From: Candidatus Heimdallarchaeota archaeon
Lineage (GTDB): Archaea > Asgardarchaeota > Heimdallarchaeia > Hodarchaeales > Hodarchaeaceae
Assembly (NCBI GenBank): GCA_019057635.1
Contig: DXJL01000010.1
Span: 1-29,663 of the forward strand
Reading direction: 5' to 3'
Length of the DNA stretch: 29,663 nt
The notes under the pieces were generated by a model. That model was not told the DNA's origin. It saw only the letters and a program-made list of their open reading frames with translations, and did not search any database. The position numbers and the translations under genes are program-made. Shown piece by piece: positions 8,152 to 17,520 of this stretch (positions within the stretch are counted from its first letter, which is position 1; every line of letters starts with the position of its first letter).

Positions 8152-9498
8152 ATGTATTCTGATAAAAAGAAATTTAATTTATGGCAAAATTGGAGTGAAT
8201 TAGAAGAAAAACTCTATCCTACTACAACCTTTCCATTCTATCAAAAATGGCAAGAATTGGAGTTTATCCATTATATTGAATCATATATTAAGAATTTTCA
8301 CTCACTATTAATCTCCATTGAAGGAATTAATGTTCTAATACCTAAGAAACTCATATTGTACGAAGCAATGAAGTCCTCAGATAATCTTTATAAAAAGTTG
8401 CTTGCAAATCCGACTTTTGAGGAGTTCAGAAAAACTCTACTGACAATTTCTGGGGATCTCAATATACGGATCCGAAAGACTGATTATAAGATTATTCAAC
8501 GCTTGGCCAATCCCAATTTTTCAAAGTCATTGGATAGATTTCCAAAGATAAAAGAACTGGCTTATGGTACACGTCAGGATGTAAGAACTGTCTCTAGTCG
8601 ACTCGAATATCTAATTAAATGTGATATCCTTAGTGTAATATTCTCCATTGATATGGCAAAGATTGGATATCAAACTATTGCATTTATACATAAAACAAGT
8701 CGAAAAAACATTCCTGTAAGTATTCAGGAATATGTTTCATTTTATTTTCCTATTCCAGGATTCCAAGCCTTTTTAACAATTATTCAATATCCATACTCAG
8801 ATTTTGACTTTATTTCAAAGATTAAAGAAATATTTGATGTTACCTACCCAGATCATCAGTTATTACTCCGTCAATATCGTGGATGGAATCTCGGAGGATT
8901 GACAATTAATCCAGTTGAGAGATGGAGTCTAAGACCTCCATTAATGGAGCTAGATGGAACTTGGCAAAAGGATTTAATCTTAGGAAAGACTGGAATTGAA
9001 TCAAATTTAGATCCTCATTTCGAAATTTATAATTTATCATCAGCAGAAGCTCAATTACTTGGTTACATTCAATTATATTCAATTATGGATGATGAATCTC
9101 TTGAAAACCAACTGAAAAGACCAAGAAAAGCCATTATTGCTGATTGGAATAATTTATTACGGAATAAAGTCATTTATCGCTTCCCCGTTTTCTCAAATAT
9201 TGGTTTAGGTTCATGGATTTTTTTCTATATTTCTGCTCTCACAAGTTCCCACCTTCGATTAGTTCTACAACATTTCAAGTTTTTTCCTTATTCTAATGTT
9301 TATATTAATGAAGAAGAGGGAATTGTTGTTGGATGCGTGAATATTCCCTATGAATGGACTCATACGTTTCTTCACAGAATGGCATCTATTTCTGAGGAAT
9401 TTCCAGAAGCTAGAGCAAGTTATTATATTGGACCTGATACTTTGGCCAGGTGGAGTAACAATATCATGAAAACTTTTGACTGGAAAAGATATGAATAA
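8152..9498 (+). CDS. Tandem Lrp/AsnC-like winged-helix transcriptional regulator
   Basis: First wHTH: KTDYKIIQRL...IKELAYGTRQDVRTVSSRLEYL...IDMAKIGY. Second degenerate copy: AEAQLLGYIQ...LENQLKRPRKAIIADWNNLLRNKVI...SNIGL. Each is followed by a beta-alpha (RAM-like) segment. Confidence 0.65.
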   Translation: MYSDKKKFNLWQNWSELEEKLYPTTTFPFYQKWQELEFIHYIESYIKNFHSLLISIEGINVLIPKKLILYEAMKSSDNLYKKLLANPTFEEFRKTLLTISGDLNIRIRKTDYKIIQRLANPNFSKSLDRFPKIKELAYGTRQDVRTVSSRLEYLIKCDILSVIFSIDMAKIGYQTIAFIHKTSRKNIPVSIQEYVSFYFPIPGFQAFLTIIQYPYSDFDFISKIKEIFDVTYPDHQLLLRQYRGWNLGGLTINPVERWSLRPPLMELDGTWQKDLILGKTGIESNLDPHFEIYNLSSAEAQLLGYIQLYSIMDDESLENQLKRPRKAIIADWNNLLRNKVIYRFPVFSNIGLGSWIFFYISALTSSHLRLVLQHFKFFPYSNVYINEEEGIVVGCVNIPYEWTHTFLHRMASISEEFPEARASYYIGPDTLARWSNNIMKTFDWKRYE

Positions 9499-9521
9499 AA
9501 TTCTTCCTCGTCGATTAATCT

Positions 9522-10283
9522 TCAAAATAGAAGAGATAAACAAGTCAATGCTCCTTCACATTTCTGAAATTCAGACATTTCCATTGTGATAACATCGAAT
9601 CCATTGTCCATTAACTTTTGGTGGGTATTTGGATGACCAGTAGGAAGTAAAACCATATTATTTATGGTTAAAGTATTTGCAGCATATTGCTCTTTTGGTG
9701 CTGCTATAATTTTCGTGAAAGATCCAAGAATAGGATGATTAGAAACAGTGTCATTCACGATCACAGTGCCCGAGTCGAGATAAGTCACGTGGCTTTTCAG
9801 ATGAATGATTGATTCATCAGTTATTCGTTTCACCTCAATTTGCAGCCAATCTGATAGTTGCTTTACACCCTGTTCATTTGTTCTCTGTGAAACCCCAGAA
9901 ATTAAATATTTGGGAAGATGAAGGACATCTCCCCCTTCTATAGTACCTGGGGCACCAGTTATTTTGACTTTCATAGATTCAAATAGGAAATCATGGACTG
10001 CTCGTTCTTCTCCTCTTCTACTGATTGCTCCCATCCGAGAAATTAACGCTCTATTCTTATGGATTATTGCTGTATCTTCAACAAAACAACCATCAGGAAA
10101 CGCGTTATCAGGTGGTAGTTTGATAACTTCCAATCCAAGATCAACAAGTACTTCACAATAATTCTGATGTTGTAATTTAGCTTTCTTATTACTCACAGAA
10201 TTATGAAGTGGATGAGAAGAAATACAACAAGAAAATGTATCAGTAGGTTCTCGGACAAGAGCTTGCTTGATTTTCACTGTCAT
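9522..10283 (-). CDS. ddaH: N(G),N(G)-dimethylarginine dimethylaminohydrolase (DDAH, amidinotransferase superfamily)
   Basis: FPDGCFVEDTA, SRRGE, IEGGDVL, HLKS and C-terminal GALTCLS. The start was moved from 10430 to ATG 10283 (MTVKIKQALVR), which matches the family N-terminus. Confidence 0.88.
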   Translation of the reverse strand: MTVKIKQALVREPTDTFSCCISSHPLHNSVSNKKAKLQHQNYCEVLVDLGLEVIKLPPDNAFPDGCFVEDTAIIHKNRALISRMGAISRRGEERAVHDFLFESMKVKITGAPGTIEGGDVLHLPKYLISGVSQRTNEQGVKQLSDWLQIEVKRITDESIIHLKSHVTYLDSGTVIVNDTVSNHPILGSFTKIIAAPKEQYAANTLTINNMVLLPTGHPNTHQKLMDNGFDVITMEMSEFQKCEGALTCLSLLF

Positions 10284-10532
10284 CACATAAAAGATTTTTC
10301 GAATATTAAAAGGAAAGAAGGGATCTAGTATGAAGATGAATTTTGGGAGATTAAAAGGAATACGATGAAAACAACTTTGGGTGAGTGATCTAATGAGCGA
10401 TAAAATATACACACTCTTGTTAGGTAACAAATACGTTCGTTTAATCCTTCAAGAACATTGGAATAGCAATCGTCGTAAATGGATGGACTATCTCGAATTA
10501 CTTGATGAAAAGCGTTCAATTTGAGAATCAAG

Positions 10533-11174
10533 TCAAACAAATAACTTTTTTCCTACTTCAGCCATCCGTTGACCCAATGCTTCAGCATCACGGGTAGCGA
10601 TGATGTCTTTTTTCACGTGACGAAACTTGATTTTAATTTCATCATCTTTAACTTCTTCATACATCATTGAACCCGTTGGAAAGGGGGCAGTAAACCAGGG
10701 GTGACCTGTACCTCCTACAATTAACATTCCATGGGCTAAACCGAATGTAGTGAGTTGGGAGATAACAGCTTCTTGTCCTCCGACCCGTAAACCAGAAACC
10801 GATATAGCTGAAAATAGTTTTCCTTCCCATATTTGTTTAGGCATCTTATTATCTCGAGAACGATCTAAAAAATTCTTTAAAATTCCAGGAGGACCAGCCC
10901 AGTATGAAGGACAGGCGATTATCAAACCATCATGCTCTTGAATCAGAGCTTCTATCAATGGATAATCATCATCCTTATCAAGAGGACAAGGCTCTGTGGT
11001 ACACACTTCACAGCCGTTACACAGGTTGATCTTGTAATCAGTTAAATTAATTAAGGTTGTTTCAATTCCTTGCTCTTTGGCACTGTGTAAGGTAGTATTG
11101 AGTAAAAAATATGAATTTGTTTTCGCAGTGGGTTTTTTGGGGGAACCATTTATCCCAAGTAGTTTGAATACCAT
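10533..11174 (-). CDS. Flavodoxin-family iron-sulfur flavoprotein / NADPH-dependent FMN reductase
   Basis: GINGSPK, CxxCxxCxxxxC (CNGCEVCTTEPC), PSYW...LKNFLDR and GGQE. GGAG RBS before ATG 11174. Confidence 0.88.
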   Translation of the reverse strand: MVFKLLGINGSPKKPTAKTNSYFLLNTTLHSAKEQGIETTLINLTDYKINLCNGCEVCTTEPCPLDKDDDYPLIEALIQEHDGLIIACPSYWAGPPGILKNFLDRSRDNKMPKQIWEGKLFSAISVSGLRVGGQEAVISQLTTFGLAHGMLIVGGTGHPWFTAPFPTGSMMYEEVKDDEIKIKFRHVKKDIIATRDAEALGQRMAEVGKKLFV

Positions 11175-11196
11175 TGTATAATTCTCCAATCAGTCT

Positions 11197-11811
11197 TTAA
11201 AAATGACCACCATAGTACTTTTGGAATGTAGTCACCATTTTGGAAAAATGAAGATCAGAATAAACACCTCGATCATTAAAATATTCAATGAAGGGTTTAT
11301 CATGAATATCTTTTGAGGCAAAAGTAGCATCATTTGATCCATTAAAGGCACAAACGGGAAAATCATGTTTCAGACACAGTTCCGTTTCGAAAGAAGGAGT
11401 AAGCTTGTACCATTGATCGTTTAGAAAAACCTCTGCATACCCATGAAAATAGAATACATTTGTGCCCATGAGTTTTACTAAATAATCGGGACTACGATGG
11501 TTGATAATATCAGCAAAATGTAATCTCGAAGGAAATTTGCTTGCACGATATAATGCAACTAGCAGTATCGACTTAGGAATGCAAAATCCCTTTTTTCGTT
11601 GTAATGTTTCACTAGCTTTGAAATCATCTGGGCTAGAGAAACTAGACATATCAATCTTGTATTTTATTTCATCTCGTACAAAATTGAATATAGAAATACT
11701 CAGATCTACTGCATCTGCTGATTGTGATTGTAGATCGATCGCTTTTTGTTGAATTATGGTTGAGTCACTATCAATGAAGAAGGTCGGATCAAGGTAATCA
11801 CTAGTTGCCAT
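11197..11811 (-). CDS. Transglutaminase-like family protein
   Basis: YLDPTFFIDSD, FNFVRDEIKY, GFCIPKS (catalytic Cys), FHGYAEVFL..WYKLTPSF. ATG 11811 is preferred. Confidence 0.85.
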   Translation of the reverse strand: MATSDYLDPTFFIDSDSTIIQQKAIDLQSQSADAVDLSISIFNFVRDEIKYKIDMSSFSSPDDFKASETLQRKKGFCIPKSILLVALYRASKFPSRLHFADIINHRSPDYLVKLMGTNVFYFHGYAEVFLNDQWYKLTPSFETELCLKHDFPVCAFNGSNDATFASKDIHDKPFIEYFNDRGVYSDLHFSKMVTTFQKYYGGHF

Positions 11812-11953
11812 AATAAAAAATAAGAATAAATCCATTTAAGATTTTAGTCTACTTACTTAAACCGAAGGAAGAGTCATAAATGAATATAGATCAGAGTCGA
11901 GAAGAAATAAAGTATGAAAAAAGCGCCATCATATCATATTATCACAAAGGACA

Positions 11954-12180
11954 TGACTAAATTTGTCAGAACACGCAGTCAAACCGCGTTCTGGACAGGA
12001 TGAGTCACACACCCACTATCCGGCAGGTTAGCAACAAGAGAATCGTTGCTTTCCGTTGGGACTACCTGAAATAGAGCTTCTTGCGATATCCCAAACGTCT
12101 ATACATTTCCACCAATTTGAGCCATTCTTCTCTTGCCTCTGACGGGTAACTCGTCTAACGTAGTTACAAGGGAAGATGAC
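11954..12180. ncRNA. Unclassified structured non-coding element (candidate ncRNA or cis-regulatory RNA)
   Basis: Island richer in GC than its flanks, in a gene-free gap of about 590 bp. It has several complementary helices and a possible pseudoknot (see findings) and matches no family I recognise. Confidence 0.4.
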
Positions 12181-12401
12181 CTAACAGCTAAGTAATTTTT
12201 TTCATCACCTCAGATTGAAGAAGTAAGGGAATGAGGCCTTTTAAGTTTGTGAGAGAGAGGTCATCGAATACGAGAAATTTTGCTTTGTTGGACAAAAATG
12301 ATCATGGATAAACAATACAGTTGATCATCTCAATCAAGATTTAAATGTTTCAGGAAAAAGATCTAACTAACAAAATATTGATTTTCAGAAGTGTTAAAAA
12401 G

Positions 12402-13508
12402 ATGACTGATTATAAACCGATGTGGGGAAAACCTTTTTACGAAAAGATCCATCCTACAAAGAGTATTATTATGGCGTGTAATACTCGAATTGGTAAGGGA
12501 GTGGTTAAAGGAATTTTACAAGCTGCAAAGGATACAAACTCACCTATAGTTTTTGAATTAGCTAAGTCCGAGTCAGATCTGAAAGGAGGATACACAGGAC
12601 TTACTCCAGCAAAATTTGGAGAATTTGTAACTGAAGTAGCCGCAGAAGTTCAATACTCCAATTATGCTATCCACGGGGATCATATTAAGGTAGGAAAACC
12701 TGAGGATATTCCTGGAGTGAAAGAATTAATTACAGCTCAAATTGAGGCGGGGTACACCTCTTTCGCTATTGATGCGAGCTTTCTGTATGATGAATCAGGA
12801 TCCAATGATAAAGAGCGATTAGCAGAAAACATTAAAGCAACCACCGAAGTGACTCATTTCATAGAGGACAAACTAGAGCATAAAAAATTTGGATTGGAGG
12901 TAGAGGTTGGAGAAATCGGAAAAAAAGATCCTAAGACTGGTTTAGTTATGACAACGATCACTGAAGCTACCACATTCATTGAGTCATTGAAAGAACAAGA
13001 TGTCCACCCTCATTTTCTTGCAATCGCGAATGGTTCTGTTCATGGATTTCAGTATGATAAGCATGGTAATCCCATACGACAGGAAGGTATTGATATTCAA
13101 CTGACATCAGATATCGGTCAAGCAATCAAACCTTTTGGCGTGAAAATCGCGCAACATGGAATCACTGGTACTCCACTCGATATCATTGCTAAGAGATTTC
13201 CTAAAGATGTAATTGGCAAAGGAAATGTGGGAACAAATTGGATGACTGTTGCATGGGATGTTCTTAAGATCTTTGAACCAGAGCTGTTTGAAACCATTTT
13301 CAAATGGACCAGTGAGAATTATCATAAAACAGGTGTTCCTGTAAATGAAACTTTTTTGAAATATAGTAAACTTGCCATAGTAGAACATTTTGATGAACTA
13401 TATGATGTTGATGCGAGCACTGAGCATGCTTTAGCATCAGCGGCTTATACAAGTGCATTGATGTTCTTAAAAGCTTTCAATAGCTACGGACAAGCGAAAA
13501 ATCTATAA
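12402..13508 (+). CDS. fba: Class II fructose-bisphosphate aldolase
   Basis: IHGDH, GYTSFAIDAS, EVEVGEIG, IANGSVHG, AQHGITG and KGNVGT. ATG 12402 is preferred over 12345. Confidence 0.9.
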   Translation: MTDYKPMWGKPFYEKIHPTKSIIMACNTRIGKGVVKGILQAAKDTNSPIVFELAKSESDLKGGYTGLTPAKFGEFVTEVAAEVQYSNYAIHGDHIKVGKPEDIPGVKELITAQIEAGYTSFAIDASFLYDESGSNDKERLAENIKATTEVTHFIEDKLEHKKFGLEVEVGEIGKKDPKTGLVMTTITEATTFIESLKEQDVHPHFLAIANGSVHGFQYDKHGNPIRQEGIDIQLTSDIGQAIKPFGVKIAQHGITGTPLDIIAKRFPKDVIGKGNVGTNWMTVAWDVLKIFEPELFETIFKWTSENYHKTGVPVNETFLKYSKLAIVEHFDELYDVDASTEHALASAAYTSALMFLKAFNSYGQAKNL

Positions 13509-13556
13509 GGAACGTTATTTCCTCTTCCTATCTTCATTTACTCGGAAAGAATCTAA

Positions 13557-14225
13557 TTGAATCTTAAAAACCTTGAAATAGATCTATTCTTGATTCGACA
13601 TGCACAACCAGAAAATCCTCCAGAACATTGGACATCACCTTCTTCTCCATTGAGTGAAATAGGTATCAAGCAAGCAAAATTCATAACTAAAGAGCTCCAT
13701 ACGCAATCATTTTCTGAATTTATTGTCAGCCCTTTTATTCGGACTAAACAAACCGCGGCCTATATCTATGATGCTCTTGATATAAAACCACCTCTTAGCG
13801 AACAGGAATGGTTAGCAGAAATTGATCTTGGGGATTGGGCTGGAAAATTTAAATCAGAAATACGGGAAGATCCATCTTATCCTAAATTCTTCCCTATGAA
13901 TAAGGTAGGAAAGCATGAGCCTCTTGTTGCACGATTGTTAAATGTACACAAGGATTTTACCTTTCCTAATGGAGAGAGTATTCAATTATTTTGGGAACGT
14001 GTATCTTCTGGATTTTTGCAACTAGTAGATTCAAAAAGAGATGGAAAAACACATAAAATCGCATTAATTGGACATGGTGGATCGTTTACAATCATTCAGT
14101 CTTTATTATTGGGAAAATCCTTTGCTGATAAACATTTTCCCGTAATGGCTATTAACATGGGTAGATATGCTCATCTTCGTATCTATCAAGGAAGAGTGGT
14201 TGTGCTTCAGGTTAATAAATTTTAA
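13557..14225 (+). CDS. Histidine phosphatase (phosphoglycerate mutase-like) family protein
   Basis: LIRHAQ, PLSEIGIKQA, SPFIRTKQTA, LAEIDLGDWAG, PNGES and IGHGG. Confidence 0.88.
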   Translation: MNLKNLEIDLFLIRHAQPENPPEHWTSPSSPLSEIGIKQAKFITKELHTQSFSEFIVSPFIRTKQTAAYIYDALDIKPPLSEQEWLAEIDLGDWAGKFKSEIREDPSYPKFFPMNKVGKHEPLVARLLNVHKDFTFPNGESIQLFWERVSSGFLQLVDSKRDGKTHKIALIGHGGSFTIIQSLLLGKSFADKHFPVMAINMGRYAHLRIYQGRVVVLQVNKF

Positions 14226-14928
14226 AAGTTTTTAGTATAGGTAGGAGAAGGATAAATAAAAGCCAGAGAGTACTCCTGATGAGATCGATTCGTTGGAAGG
14301 GAACCGTTCTATAATAGGTTCTTTTTTGAATACCAAACCCACGAAAATAGAGAGATTGTGCTAGAAATTCAGATCGGTATAAAATTGAGGCGACAAAAAT
14401 TGCTAGAGTTTTTGGCAACCATCTAAGGAAGAATCCTTGAATTTCACCTCGTAATTCAAGTGTGTCAAATGTTTCCTCTGCGTCTTTTGCCACTCGAGGA
14501 ACCATTGTTAAGGCAAGAGACGGTATTAGAGCTAATTTAGTTGGAATTCTGCATTTTTCAAGAAATCGTGCTAGATCAGAAGGATTAGTTACAGCAAAAA
14601 AAATCGAACAGGAAAGCGCTCCAACCAACAGACGTAAAATCAGAAGATATGCCAGAATCAAGCCTCCGAATAAAAAGGTTAAAATTCCAAGAAAAACTAG
14701 TAAAGGTATCATAGCTCTAAGAAGGCTTATCATCCCATGGAAATTCCCGTAAAACAAATTTTCTATAACTATAAGAACTAATAAAGGAATTAAAATTGTA
14801 ATATCATTCCCAATTAATAGGAATAGAAATTGTAAACCTAGAATGGTCAAACTAACTAGAGGATGTATGTGTATCGCATCAGGATGATATGAAAATCCTT
14901 TATACAATCTTCTAAGCATAAATGACAT
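14212..14928 (-). CDS. ecfT: ECF transporter transmembrane (T) component
   Basis: Hydrophobic protein with HPLV, TNPSDL and two xRG coupling motifs (LELRGE, LYFRGF). ATG 14928 overlaps the upstream TAA and has a GGAGGGTGA RBS. Confidence 0.85.
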   Translation of the reverse strand: MSFMLRRLYKGFSYHPDAIHIHPLVSLTILGLQFLFLLIGNDITILIPLLVLIVIENLFYGNFHGMISLLRAMIPLLVFLGILTFLFGGLILAYLLILRLLVGALSCSIFFAVTNPSDLARFLEKCRIPTKLALIPSLALTMVPRVAKDAEETFDTLELRGEIQGFFLRWLPKTLAIFVASILYRSEFLAQSLYFRGFGIQKRTYYRTVPFQRIDLIRSTLWLLFILLLPILKTFKIY

Positions 14929-15716
14929 TATTTCACCCTCCATTCCTCGATAACGTGATTCATTTCTTCTGGAGTGAGGCAGTGGGGTAATTTTTGCTTA
15001 AGTTGTACTTCAAGGGAGCGAATCAACCGAGGTATCTGATTTGGAATTAATTCTGAATTTTCTTCGAGCATAAATAATACATGTTTTGGTGATCCTCTTT
15101 GAAATAACAGCCCATCGCGAATTACTACTAGTTCATCTAGCTTTGGGAAGATTCGCGAATCATTAGTTGATACAAAAACGATTTTTCCTTGTTCTTTTGC
15201 TACTTCAAGTAGATGAAATAGAAGTTGTCTTCCTTTTCGATCAAGACCTATTGTTGGTTCATCTAATAATACTAACTTACTCGGAATCTGGAATGCAATA
15301 AAAAGAGCTGAAAGTCTTCGTTGGCCTTCACTTAAGTTGTAAATCTTCTTGTCAGCCAAAAAACCCAATTTATATTTTTCAATTAGTAGATTTACGAGCT
15401 CTAGATCAGTTACAACACGATTCAAATCCTTACGAAGAGTTGGCCCAACCAAAAATAGTCTCGCATTTTCAGGTATGTAAATAATTCGATTAGGTTCCCT
15501 AATCCCTTCCCTCAGTTCGGAATTTATTCTGATATTTCCTTTGGAAGGTGAAAGAATCCCACCTAATAATTTCAACAAAGTTGTTTTCCCACAACCATTT
15601 ATGCCCAATAGTCCAATAGTGCTTGGAGTTCCCTTTTTTAGTGTAAAAGATTTAAGAATATATCCTTTTGATCCAGAATAGCGAAACCATAAATCTTCTA
15701 CGCTAACGGTAACCAT
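14928..15716 (-). CDS. ECF transporter ATPase (A') subunit with altered Q-loop and H-switch
   Basis: GINGCGKTT, LSEGQRR and LLDEPTIGLD; the Q-loop reads IPEN and the H-switch reads STND. Confidence 0.85.
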   Translation of the reverse strand: MVTVSVEDLWFRYSGSKGYILKSFTLKKGTPSTIGLLGINGCGKTTLLKLLGGILSPSKGNIRINSELREGIREPNRIIYIPENARLFLVGPTLRKDLNRVVTDLELVNLLIEKYKLGFLADKKIYNLSEGQRRLSALFIAFQIPSKLVLLDEPTIGLDRKGRQLLFHLLEVAKEQGKIVFVSTNDSRIFPKLDELVVIRDGLLFQRGSPKHVLFMLEENSELIPNQIPRLIRSLEVQLKQKLPHCLTPEEMNHVIEEWRVK

Positions 15717-15758
15717 TAATATCCCTTACTATATATTATCCCATTCATTATTCGTTAA

Positions 15759-16577
15759 TTATCGTTCTTTTCTAAAAATCTCAAGTATTGAAGATTTTGC
15801 TTCTTCTAAAGTTAAACTTCTCTGTGTTATGTTCGGCCACTTAAGTTCTGATACTTCAGGTAAGTCGATATCCCTTATTTTGTCCAAAAGCGTCTGTGGT
15901 TTACCATCACCGATCAATTTCCCATTATCTAGAAGTAATAGACGATCAGCTCGAGACAAGAGATAATCTAATCTATGTTCAAATGCAAGAATAAGATGCC
16001 CCTGTTCAGATAAATCCTTCAAAAGATCAGCTAACATGATTTCACTCTTAGGATCGATACGAGCCATTGGTTCGTCTAATATGAGTATTTGTGGTTGGTG
16101 TGCCAATACAGTTGCTATTGCTACTCGCTGCAACTCGCCTGAACTTAATTCTGGTATCAATTTGTTTCGAAGATCAAGAATATTGAGTTTGTGTAAAACT
16201 TGGGGGATACGAGTTTGAATTTCTTCCGATGGATAGGCCAGATTCTCAAGTAAAAAAGCTACTTCCTCTTCAACTAACAGGGATGTCGTAAAATCGGATG
16301 GATATTGGGGAACATAACCTATGATATTAACAAGTTGTTTTCTTGATAGTTCATTTACCAGAGTTTCGTTGATCTTGATTGTTCCTTCTACTTTCGCCTT
16401 AACAAAAGTAGGAATTAGTCCTACTATTGTCTGAGCTAAGGTACTTTTACCACATCCGCTAGAACCAGCAATAACGATGAGTTCACCTTTCTCTACTGTA
16501 ATATTAATATCTCTTAAAGCCCAGCTAGATTCTTCTTGATAAGAGACTGATAAATTTCGAATATCAACTAAAGACAA
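15759..16577 (-). CDS. ECF transporter ATPase (A) subunit
   Basis: GSSGCGKST, VPQYP, VEEEVAF, LSSGELQR, ILDEP and FEHR. TTG 16577 after GGAG is preferred over 16631. Confidence 0.88.
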   Translation of the reverse strand: MSLVDIRNLSVSYQEESSWALRDINITVEKGELIVIAGSSGCGKSTLAQTIVGLIPTFVKAKVEGTIKINETLVNELSRKQLVNIIGYVPQYPSDFTTSLLVEEEVAFLLENLAYPSEEIQTRIPQVLHKLNILDLRNKLIPELSSGELQRVAIATVLAHQPQILILDEPMARIDPKSEIMLADLLKDLSEQGHLILAFEHRLDYLLSRADRLLLLDNGKLIGDGKPQTLLDKIRDIDLPEVSELKWPNITQRSLTLEEAKSSILEIFRKER

Positions 16578-16671
16578 TAGTAGTTCTCCAATGATACATT
16601 CTAAAAGGAAAGAAATGACCATATCCGTCAATACGCTTATGGAAATTATTCATTTATTGTCCTCGTTCTTT

Positions 16672-17520
16672 TTATGAAGGAGGTACTCTTTCATCTTGTA
16701 AAATACCAAGTTCTTGTAGGTATGAGACAATAGGAATAGCAATCGAAGTTCCAAATACTACTTGTGCTATGTTAAATGGAACCTCTGTCACCGCTAACTG
16801 AAAAGCCACAGCAGGGTCTGGGGAGAGAGTCAAAATAAAAATCTCATATAAAAAGTAACCTACAACAATAATAGGTCCAGCTAATAAGCAAGAAAGAATC
16901 ATCTGTCCTTTCTCTCCCATCCTCAATTCGATGAACCACATAATTAGACATATTAATAAGGCGGTAGCTAGAATTAAAATTCCAGGAATGTCAATTACTA
17001 ATGTCTGGTAAACATCTTCAATGGTAGGATCAAGAAGATGTTGAGGTATTAAACTAGGGTCCAACAACCGAAAGGTGATTTGAATAATTGATGATCCTTT
17101 GACTCCATTCAATGCAGGAGTGGTTACATACGCAGAAAAACCAATTAGAAACAGTGAAATCATACCAAGTAAGATATAGCGAATATTTCGATCAATATTT
17201 CGACTTTTCCTAAAAAGAAAACCTACAGCAAAGCCTTCTAATCCTTTAAGAACTAAAGTCGCAGGGGCAAAATATCCGTATCCAAGTACCATATCGGCCA
17301 TTGCTGCTCCTAATCCTCCAGCTATAGCTCCAACTATGGGTCCCCCAATTATAGCGGCTAAATAAACAAAAGCTTCCCCTAAATTAAAAAAACCTGTGGA
17401 AGAAATTAGTGGTATATAAAATAATGAAGTTGAAAGAAAAACTATTGCAGTAAAGGCTGCTATGAGAGCTATTTGTCTCGATATTTGCACATCTTTTTCA
17501 GTTGATTGAAAAATGGTCAT
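16672..17520 (-). CDS. ECF transporter substrate-binding (S) component with an internal insertion
   Basis: GFFNLGEAFVY, GAIAGGLGAAMADM..GY..FAPATLVLKGLEG, VGYFLYE and EVPFNIAQ. At 282 aa it is longer than a typical S unit of about 170-200 aa. Confidence 0.85.
   Translation of the reverse strand: MTIFQSTEKDVQISRQIALIAAFTAIVFLSTSLFYIPLISSTGFFNLGEAFVYLAAIIGGPIVGAIAGGLGAAMADMVLGYGYFAPATLVLKGLEGFAVGFLFRKSRNIDRNIRYILLGMISLFLIGFSAYVTTPALNGVKGSSIIQITFRLLDPSLIPQHLLDPTIEDVYQTLVIDIPGILILATALLICLIMWFIELRMGEKGQMILSCLLAGPIIVVGYFLYEIFILTLSPDPAVAFQLAVTEVPFNIAQVVFGTSIAIPIVSYLQELGILQDERVPPS

Noticed and set aside
10284-10540. 49-aa N-terminal extension of DDAH and the 71-aa ORF 10325-10540
   Set aside because: Family similarity starts at MTVKIKQ; these look like chance open frames in an AT-rich gap.
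11975-11995. Minus-strand CCAGAACGCGGTTTGAC resembles the RNase P RNA 3' conserved region
   Set aside because: No matching 5' GAGGAAAGUCC-type P4 strand is found upstream on that strand.
12040-12070. Minus-strand CAGG...GGAA-AGCAA resembles SRP RNA helix 8
   Set aside because: There is no stem closing the GGAA loop between CAGG and AGCA, and no recognisable Alu domain.
12062-12211. GAGGTG-ATG start of a minus-strand frame with a protein-like stretch (YPSEAREEWLKLVEMYRRLGYRKK); possible stop-codon readthrough
   Set aside because: The RBS abuts the ATG with no spacer, and the frame has three early stops including TAA. It is not supportable as a gene, though a pseudogene remnant cannot be excluded.
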